Positions 10,501 to 18,857 of a stretch of 64,000 bases of DNA are shown piece after piece. Under the pieces are notes generated by a model. That model saw only the letters and a program-made list of their open reading frames with translations. It was not told the DNA's origin and ran no database searches. The DNA comes from Thalia democratica (Eukaryota): assembly GCA_965202585.1 (NCBI GenBank), contig OZ241833.1, forward strand, positions 27,528,001 to 27,592,000, in the 5' to 3' direction. The position numbers and the translations under genes were made by a program. Positions within the stretch are counted from its first letter, which is position 1; each line of letters opens with the position of its first letter.

Positions 10501-13500
10501 TTAATAAAGTTTTATTTTAGTTGTTTGTTACAGTTATATACTTTTATACTTGGTTTCTTACAAAGAGCGTTGTTGTATTGTAGTTTGCTTAAGCTTTTGA
10601 CTGGTTTATTTTATATTTAAGTATAAACAAATCTAGACCACTGGTTCAAAAACTTTATTATTGTGGACAGTAAACTACTTAAAAAAATTATGTGAATACT
10701 AGATAGATTAGTATAGGTTTTATGACCAAAAAAATATTAAGGCTGTCTTTATCATGTATAAATGCTTATTGAAAACATTCAAAAGTTAACTTTTCAACAA
10801 AAATTAGTATATGTTGTAACTAGTTTTTTTAGAAATATTACTACCCTCAAAATTTATGTGCAAAGTAAATTAGTTTCAACTACTACAGTACAAGGGTACA
10901 CTTTAGAAAATACTACAAGAGAAAGCATAATCCGTTTTTTTAATTTATTTTAGTATTACCAAGATAAAAATATTAATTCAAGACAGCAAAAAACAATTTT
11001 TTCAGGGTTGACAATAATGCGACCTCATCACAACGATCTCGGGCAAGTTTGGAAGTTGGACAAAATAGAAAGCGAAATAATCCCGCCAAATATCAGATCA
11101 CGTGACCTGCAAACCTACGACTTCTGGTTGGTTGTTTGTTTGAAGAGTTTCGTAAGAAAAAATGGTTGTTGTAACAATTTATTTTTATTTAAACTTGTAA
11201 AAAAATACGCATGCAAAGTTTTTCTAAACTAATAAAATAGAAACAGTGTACTATGTGTCTATCCTTTTCAGGAAGCCAGTCAGTGAAAAAATCTTCCAAT
11301 TCGGCCACAAAAAGGGCAGAGGACTAGCAATTGGGTCGTTGGAGCCGCCAAAACCCACACCAATGGCCCCAACTTGTCCCGATACATTGGAAGTGCGCCA
11401 ATTGGTCAGGCATCCGGAAATTTCAAACGGTAAGAAAATATCTGCAACAAAAATAATGCTTTAAAAGTTGTATTTTCTCATTTTAATCATCTTGGATTTT
11501 GACCTTTAAATTTTTAACACCTTTCACTTTCGGTTTTTGAATATATATGTGTCAATAATCTCTTAGCTGAAAGTAATGAAGTATCAACGGCTTTTTGTTT
11601 GTACTGAGATAAGTTTCAGTGCTCGACAAACATTTCCAATTGTGATTTGTTTACAATTTGCAGCTAAAATAAGTTTTGTCACCTGCCGTTGATTGCTTTG
11701 TAAATTTTCTAAACAAAACTTTTTTTGTGCTTAATTTCCTTTAATGCGCTTAAACAGACAATAAAATGTGCTTTATCAAACCTACTTGAGTTTTTTCAAT
11801 AAGAAATTTGTTGTTCCTTTCCAAGTTTTTATAAACAAGTTTAACTATGACTTAGCTATTTTTTAGGCTTGCTTTACATACCATTGAAGTTTAAATCATT
11901 TTAACAACTTATTAAATATTAAAGACAAAAGCATTTTTTATAAATTAGAATATCTAAAAAACGTCTTATAATTTTATTGTAAAAACACAAGTCAGGCCTA
12001 TTTAACGAAATACTAACGTTCAACATAAACTATTAAAATTAAGTAAAAAATAAGTACAGTTTCTATTTCATTTATGTATTTGAAATTTTTTGTTTTTCTA
12101 GTTATTCTATTAGTTTTCATACAAAGTTCATATTTTGATTCGTTTTATTTTTTTTAACCGTTATAGTGTAACACAAAAACAAATTTTATACAAAAATTTT
12201 CAACACAGAAACGCGTTCGATGCTTCAGAAGAGGTTCCTGGAGTTTGTGAGGAAGTTGTCGCGTGAGGAGATCCACAGGAAGCTGATGCAGATGGAAGAT
12301 CCGAGGGAGGAGGGAGAAGTAAGGAGGGCGGAGGATCTTCTTACCTTACTCCTCCACTACGACGACAATGTCAAAATGTTGTCTGTACGTTTATCAGTAA
12401 TATTTATTTATAGCAAATACAGGTGTTTGAGAAAGTTAGACAATTTATTGTTTAAAACATAATTTATAGTTGTCTAACATTGTTTTTTTAATATCTATTA
12501 TAACTTTTATCTTACAAAATCTGCAATGGCCGAATCATGCATCCAACTTATACGCATTGTCTAATGACACGTTTAATCGTCGACAATTCTTCTCTTTATC
12601 AAATGCAAACAACTTTCATATTTTAACTTGAATCAACAATTGAGGCCATTGTCATGTCTCTACAAAAAGTGAATCTTTTTTGATGGATTTAAAGTATCGA
12701 AATCCCATCTTTTGTCCATTTCATTGCCCATCAGTGATAGATCAAATATTTGTTTAGTCATTTGCATTTGAGCCTGGCAATAAAAAGTGGCGAAAAGTGG
12801 CAAGTGTTTGTTTTACGACACGAAATTGTTTTGTTTTCGCCGCCTAAGTGCTTTTTGTTTGGTCAGCAGTAAAGTTTGTTGGTTGGAAATTTGGGTTTTG
12901 TTTACAAACGAAAGCTTTTAATTCATCTGCTCAGCCGAAATTTAACCTGCCATTTTCTCTTACGATTAAACAAAAGTTTGTGCTTTTAAAGTCGTAAAAA
13001 ATAATTAACGTTTTTATGTCAGTCTACTTCATAGGAAGCAATTACTTAACGTTAAAGGGTGACAAATTACTTAAAAAAATTCGCTTCTTTTTTGACTCAC
13101 TATACATACATTTATTGATATAAAACTAAATTATTTAAAGATAATGCAAAACTTCTTCAACATCCAACGTAAGTGTTGCAAACTTTTTTCAGCCCCACAA
13201 GGACAGCAATGCCCCGATCGACCGCGAAGAAGAAATAGTTCCGACGAATGTTCAACCGCTAGGCGACGTTGTTTGCATGAAGCACAATTACGAGAAGGCG
13301 CTTTCACCCGAAAAACCCCCGACTCCGAGAAGGGCGTCGATTAATCTGACCAGGGAAGATTGGGATCAGATCAGAGAGGAGCTGCTGGAAGAAAGCTGCA
13401 ACAGGAACGCTCTCAGGTCGGAAAAAACAAATTATTTCAAATCTTAATTGTATGAACATGTTAAATATTTCGTTCATTGTGTTTTGGGCTCTTTTAAGGA

Positions 13501-16500
13501 AGTTAATATGTTATTTTTTATGCTGAGCGCTTTTAACTGATGTTTTTGTTCTTATCATAAAACATTCATCCAGTTTCCTTAAACTGTTTTATTCTGTTTT
13601 TTATTAATACATATAATATAGGGAAAAATTTAATAGAATAAACCATACAACCAGATATTTTAACGGTATTTTCAAAGCCATAAATATATGCTCATTTAGT
13701 GTCACAGTTGTTTGATCAGATAATTTTTTTTTTTACTTTCTAAAAACACCACATTTGTTATTATGACGTCACTATTTATTAACAGATACAAGAAAGTGCC
13801 AACGTACTTTCAGAGTGAGGAGGGCAGAGAGTGGTTACGGACGCAAACGGAGTTGCTCAACGAAGCCAGCAAGCGGCTGAAACCGCGGCAACAGATGAGC
13901 GTGTTGCTAGGCAACAACGACGAGAAGGTGTACGTGGGGAAGCACCCCATCGACAAGATGAACGTCACCAGTAACGGTAATGTGACGTCACTTTAAAGAA
14001 TTTCTTATTTTGAAGTTTTTTGTTTTTTTTTTATTATAAGTAAGATGTTTTAGCTTCTAATAACATTTAATTAAACAGCTGCAAGAGTAAAAACAATAAA
14101 AATTTTCTACTAATTTAAATTTTCTACTAACTTAAAACTGTAATTCTACTCTTAAAATAGACTTTTTATGTAAAGGTGAGTAGGTAGTATAACATATTTT
14201 ATTTGTGGAAAAACAGTTCAGCAAGTCTTAATGTTTATTGGTTTGTTTAAAAAAAAGGCAAAAATATAAAAGTTTGTATTTGTCTTTATTCCCTAATATA
14301 ACTTTAATTTTGTGTTTAAAATGTTATAACGTTATGTAAAAAATTGTTTGTTTCAAAACTAAAGCTTGCAAGTACTGAAGAAAAGTAAATTTTATTTGAA
14401 TTTTTAAGAGCTTAAACACTAAAGTATTAGTTTGAGTTGTCAAGTATTTTCAGAATATACTTTTATTTTTTAATATAATTGTTTCAGTTTTAATAATGCA
14501 AATAATTGTTAACTTTTAACGTTAATACTGATTTAATTGAAAAAGTAACCCTCAGTATATTGAAAGCATGAAATTTTGCCAAAATATTTGACCTCAAGTT
14601 AAACAGATGTTTTTTCCTTTTAAAAAATATCAGCACAACTTTAATTAACTTGCTCATATTGCTAGTTTTCTCGGGAAGCTTGCCAAAAATAAGTTCAAAA
14701 TGCCACAAACTTTCCAATTACTTTTGTATCACTAGTAGTTTCGCTTGAAGTTCAATTTTTTTTTTCTAAGCTGTTTATTATGTGAATGAACTTTTAATTG
14801 AATTGATGAATATGACGAACTAAAAACATTTTACTCAATAAAACGTACTAAAATGTATTTTTAACTTATAAACACAGCATTCTAAGCATATTTACTTTAT
14901 TTAAAAGACTAATAAAATAAGTGTATTAAATTTAAAACAACAAATTTATTATTACTAGTTAGTAAGTTAATGAAATTTTTGATAAATTATAAAAAATATG
15001 TGTTATAAAACTTTAGAGGAATCAATACTAGAAGTTAATGAACTGAGAAGAAAAAGTATGGCAGCAAAAGAAGAAAAATTACAGCGTAATTCAGGTGATT
15101 TTTATTTAAAAAATAAACATTTTACTATTACCTTTTTCCTACTAATAATTTTTGTATTTCACAGTTAATGCACAACAAAAGTCAATTTTGCAACAGATTA
15201 ATGAATCAGTATCCACTGATAATGAAAGTAAGTTACATTTATTTGTTTACAAATTGTTTTGAGACATTTAACTACAAATAAAAAGGTGTAATAATATCAC
15301 TTTTTGTTTTTAACCTTTACAAGAAAAAAAAGTTGTTTAAACACAATATTGTTTTAATATTAATCGTTTATATTAAATTTTTAACTCAATCATGCATAAG
15401 CTAAATTTTTTTAGTTTTATATGTTTAATAAATAAAATTACATGTATGCGGTTTTTAAATCAACTTCTATTTTAAACTTATTTTATAAAAGTAGAGCAAA
15501 TTAGATTATGACTTTATAAATTCAAATAGTATATCCCTTTTCGATACAAATAGTTTTATATGCAATTATATTACCGAGCAAGACCATTTTAAATTTATTC
15601 ACAAATTTGTTCGTTTTATCAAAAACCTCACAGCGAATTTTATCAAACCTTCCAAATCGATGGGAAAATTAAGAAGCATTTTGCTTTGCTGCGATGGAAA
15701 AAGTTAATCAATTTTTCGTAACATTTGCTGAATTAAAAGCACATTTTATTGATTATATTCCGCCTCTGTTTGCGTGCTATAAGGTAAATCGCAAATTTGT
15801 ATGGATTTTATAAACATTATAAAGCAGGCTTCTTATTGTATAAGTATGATATTTATTCGAGCCGATCAAAAATCAATAGAATTAATAAGCATCTCTTACA
15901 AATCTTACGTTTACTTGTTTTCTATCCTTTATTTGCATGTAGATTTCACGGTATTTACTTATTTAGTTTAATATGTAAATGTTTTAAAAAGCTACTGAAT
16001 AAATATAAGATATATTGTGTCTTAAAAACATAAACATTTTATTTGTAGTACTACTTTTTAACTAAATAGATTCGTTAAATATGCAAATTCTACCCTTAAT
16101 AAATAAGTATAAAGTATTTAATTTAAACTTAATTATTGAATTACTTTTACCTTTAAATAATTCGTTATATAAATTGCTTTCTATACTAAATGTAAGTTAA
16201 AACGTTTTTTTTTCAACTAATTTAATTTATCTATTTACAGAACCTTATAAAGAAAATGGTGAAGTTTTATCAAATCAAGCTACAAATGGATCTACAAAAC
16301 AAAGAGGTTAAAAATATGTTGATAGTTTTTAAACTTCCTTTGAAAATACTTAATTATTAGCACATTCTAATGATTGTAATCAAAGTTAATAATACCTTTG
16401 ACTTTTGTACGTTTTTTAGACGTAGCCTTTATTAATCTTACTAAAGTTAGATTTAATTTCCTAAAAAAATAAAAAGAACTAAAAAGTTAATGTTAAAAAG

Positions 16501-18617
16501 TACAGAATTTTTAAATACAGAAGTTTGATAGTTCAATAAAATTAAGTTTATGAAAAACAAAATATTTAAATAATAGTTGAGATTATTAATCACATAAATT
16601 TTGTTTTTTAAAACAGTTTTTAATTCAAACTTAATTCTGTACTAACGTTGTAAATAACGATCATAAGTAAACTGATATAAATTTTTAAGGACTAAGAGAA
16701 TTCATTAAAAAAATATTGGATACAAAAATGATCTTCCAAAAGTTAAAACTATTAAAAATGAAATGAAAAATAAAATCTTCATTTGTTCAGATTCAACATT
16801 CATCAATTCGAACGTCGAAGAAAACTTCCCCGAAAACAAAAATCCACCTCCGCCGTTGGAAACCGACGCGTTGCCTGGCAACGACGACGAGTGGAAGCAG
16901 CGGCGCTTCGACGTCATGAGCTGGCCCAATGACGTCATCGGTCCCCGCAGGAGCAGGCACCCGGTGGCACCCCCCATCGGCCGCCAAACGCAGGCGAGGC
17001 CCATCGACAGCGACGAGCACATTTTGAGGGATTTCTACCGGCAGCGGCGCCCCGGAGAAGTAAAGATGAATAAAACGGAAGCAGTGGTGCAGAAAGGCGG
17101 CAAAGTTAAAGGGGAGAAAGGCGTTAGTGACGTCATAATGCAGTCGCTGCTCGCTTTCAAGCCCAACGCGGTGCCAAACACCAAGGTATGTTGTGACGTC
17201 ATATCTATCTTAAATATCTGTTTATTTTTATTGTTTTGTTTTAGTATATAGAAATAGAGGAGCCGGTAAGAAAGCAGGTGAACAATGTGTCCATAGCAGG
17301 ACCAATAAGCAAGGGAAACATGAAAGTTATGAAAAGAGGAGTAGAACTTCATCCTAGACAAGTAATATTTTACTTCAAATTAAAACTAGTTGATCAGGAT
17401 TTTTTTTTTATTTAATGAAGTCCTGTAACAACTTTTTTAAATTTGATACATTTCAATATGAATTTAACTATTTAATCTTTGATTTTTTTAATTTTTAAGA
17501 CCATCTAGATTCTATAAATTATCATTTTTCTGGATCTATTTACTTTAGCATTTATTTTTTATTTTTAAACAGAAATAACAAAGCTAGTTTGACAAACTAA
17601 TGGGCTATGAAGTACTAAACAAAAAATTTAATTTTGTTTCAGTTGAATCTGGGAAAATTGGTGGAAGGTAAGATGTATTGCTGCACATTCAGGATTCGAA
17701 ATGTTGGCATCGATACCATCAAATACCGAATAAAATCCCCGCCAGTCAACACTGGAATCCGAATCAGATACGCTCCTAAAAAAGTTGGTTTCATTTTTGC
17801 AAGTTTTTGTAAACAACTTTTTGTTATGTATTTTCTGCAATAGGGAAATTATAGATAGAAGTTTAATAGTAGTAAAATATGAACAGAATGCAACAAATAG
17901 TTGTTTTAAATCGAATATGTTTAACAATTTTTTAAAGTCTAAATTGTTAGATGATTTAAGTTTTATAGATTTGAAATAACATTCACGGCTGTATATGCTA
18001 AAGTCTGATAAGTTTCTACCGTATGTATACAGCTCGTTATCGCACAAGTCGTCAAGTTAAGTATAAATTCTTTTTGAATATCAATAAAAGTGTTCTTATT
18101 TTTAAAACAAAAACTTTTAAAGATACCAGCCGGTTTGGAGCAGAAAGTAACGATAGATATTTGTGCGATTGCACCGAATGTGCTAGTTGGAGATATTGTT
18201 GGAAGTTTGAACTATCAGCTTCAAATTATTGCTGAAACTGAAATTATTCACCTTCCAATTCGAGCCACTATTCTTTTATGTAGTTTATTTTATCATTTAT
18301 AGTTATCTTACAAATCAGGAGTTCTTTGTTCTTCAAAAACTTTGTATTATCGTTGTTTTTATAGTTGTGTTTTATTTAAGTTGACTTTAAAACTTAAGAA
18401 AAACCTTGACTACCTATGCATACTTTATACATGAAGTTATTTTAAATTTTGCAGTTTAAATAAAACAATGAATAATAATGCACTAATTAGTTCTAATATT
18501 TTAATTGTAACAGCAAACGCGTACAACACCATTGAAAATGAAGAGGAAAAGTGTGCAGTTGTCAAATTTAATTCAAATGTTGATGTCAAATCTTGTGTTT
18601 CTGGCGATATGGTGTAA
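3313..18617 (+). CDS. SPAG17: SPAG17/PF6-like central-pair protein, C-terminal half only (module A; 22 exons, no 5' half within the unit)
   Basis: Exons assembled from AG/GT sites with consistent phases: 3313-3431, 4633-4747, 5302-5428, 5773-5914, 8356-8470, 8597-8730, 9004-9234, 9376-9518, 10331-10470, 11006-11126, 11272-11429, 12209-12384, 13193-13416, 13786-13976, 15017-15094, 15165-15227, 16241-16306, 16791-17185, 17245-17361, 17643-17783, 18123-18279, 18514-18617 (TAA). Total 3,257 nt, one open frame. Recognised SPAG17-type motifs: SRVIMYDGTVVKNMKDGSTQ, VERPDGGLVCDHEDGTRIT, PPRLFVVKNDGSGYELLR, IIPPNIRSR, YIEIEEPVRK, and the C-terminal Ig/PapD-like domain FRIRNVGIDTIKYRIKSPPVNTGIRIRYAPKKIPAGL...IIAETEIIHLPIRATIL. 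The family call is from memory of the human protein, not a search. Confidence 0.88.
3743..4014 (-). mobile_element. Penelope-like-element fragment with inverted partial terminal repeat (foldback), copy A only
   Basis: 68-bp inverted arms at 3743-3810 and 3947-4014 with 3 mismatches. The left arm carries the hammerhead and then AATAAA (minus strand, 3743-3748) next to TA repeats. It is absent at the same intron position in B, C and D. Confidence 0.6.
3771..3818 (-). ncRNA. Second minimal type I hammerhead ribozyme motif
   Basis: Minus strand reads GCUGG-CUGAAGA-C UAAG GCGUCUAGU CUUA U-GAAA-C ACGU G-UA/CCAGU. It has a CUGAnGA core, GAAA, palindromic stem III ACACGUGU, a GUA triplet, and 5-bp stem I GCUGG:CCAGU. 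The stem II closing pair is a C-U mismatch. Confidence 0.65.
4092..4492 (-). mobile_element. Penelope-like-element / retrozyme-like 3' fragment carrying a hammerhead, copy A only
   Basis: Lies between (TA)8 at 4077-4092 and (TA)12 at 4493-4516. On the minus strand it has a T-rich tract, then the hammerhead, then AATAAA (4097-4102). No ORF. Absent from B, C and D. Confidence 0.6.
4116..4160 (-). ncRNA. Minimal type I hammerhead ribozyme (Penelope-like-element type)
   Basis: Minus strand reads UUUGAAG-CUGAUGA-GUG CAUAGA CAC-GAAA-C UCGA G-UC/CUUUGAG. It has an intact catalytic core, stem II GUG:CAC, a 2-bp stem III with palindromic ACUCGAGU, a GUC cleavage triplet (cut between + positions 4123/4122), and stem I UUGAAG:CUUUGA. 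Confidence 0.85.
4493..4516. repeat. (TA)12 microsatellite
   Basis: Read directly. Shorter TA runs occur at 4077-4092 and around 3730-3740. Confidence 0.9.
6105..6330. promoter_or_regulatory. Conserved non-coding block 3 (intron 4), Fox/homeodomain/E-box motifs
   Basis: CAGCTGATTGAT, TGTTTGCAGTAAACAAA and several TAATT(A/G) motifs. Conserved in B ~25085-25400, C ~44445-44760 and D ~63375-63720. Confidence 0.5.
6510..7420. promoter_or_regulatory. Conserved non-coding block 4 (intron 4), promoter/enhancer-like motif cluster
   Basis: ATCAATCA 6654-6661, CACGTG 6660-6665, CCAAT 6681, TGACGTCA 6860-6867, CTGTCA 6900-6905, CCAAT 7227, palindromic ATTGGCCAAT 7240-7249. Conserved in B ~25560-26400 and C ~44900-45790. 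Confidence 0.55.
11560..11790. promoter_or_regulatory. Conserved non-coding block 5 (intron 11)
   Basis: Conserved in B ~30540-30770 and C ~49875-50095. Contains TGTTTAC, CTAAACAAA and TGTCACCTG motifs. Confidence 0.45.
12535..13060. promoter_or_regulatory. Conserved non-coding block 6 (intron 12), Forkhead-motif-rich
   Basis: Many TGTTT(A/G) sites, including AAATATTTGTTTAG and TGTTTAC (12899-12905). Conserved in B ~31610-32120 and C ~50940-51450. Confidence 0.5.
14510..14750. promoter_or_regulatory. Conserved non-coding block 7 (intron 14)
   Basis: Conserved in B ~33615-33835 and C ~52895-53125 relative to flanks. Confidence 0.35.
15620..15960. promoter_or_regulatory. Conserved non-coding block 8 (intron 16)
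   Basis: Conserved in B ~34700-35040 and C ~53975-54320 relative to flanks. Confidence 0.35.
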
Positions 18618-18703
18618 CTAAGTTGGTTCAACTGTAGTTTTTTTATGACTCGTGTTGTCACTGATAGTTCCAAACGCTTTATCGATTAATTTTACAGTTT
18701 CAG

Positions 18704-18750
18704 GTTTAAGCTGTGGACCCATCAATCAGAAAAATGTTAGACAAAAATGA
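18704..18750 (+). CDS. Putative terminal exon 23 of module A (G-LSCGPINQKNVRQK*)
   Basis: Conserved block behind a tttcag acceptor in all three full units (B 37801-37838, C 57094-57140). It is in frame if exon 22 is spliced at TCT G|G(C/T)GAT. The donor is GT only in copy C. Confidence 0.45.
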
Positions 18751-18823
18751 TGAAAAACTAAAATGTTTGTTCCTATTCACTTTGTTTTTATCTAACTTTT
18801 ATTTTTCACTGTGTTTTTTGTGT

Positions 18824-18857
18824 AATAAACTCTTTACTGTGTTTTTTATGTAATAAA
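18824..18857 (+). terminator. Polyadenylation signals of module A (two AATAAA in a short ~28-bp duplication)
   Basis: AATAAA at 18824-18829 and 18852-18857 amid TG/T-rich tracts, ~200 nt after the exon-22 stop. Confidence 0.5.

Noticed and set aside
14490-14717. Minus-strand ORF over block 7 present in all three units
   Set aside because: Composition of AT-rich random sequence (F/I/K/L/N), variable ends, no splice or homology support.
16705-17361. Several minus-strand ORFs of 75-108 aa
   Set aside because: Antisense shadows of GC-rich exon 18, with no independent support.
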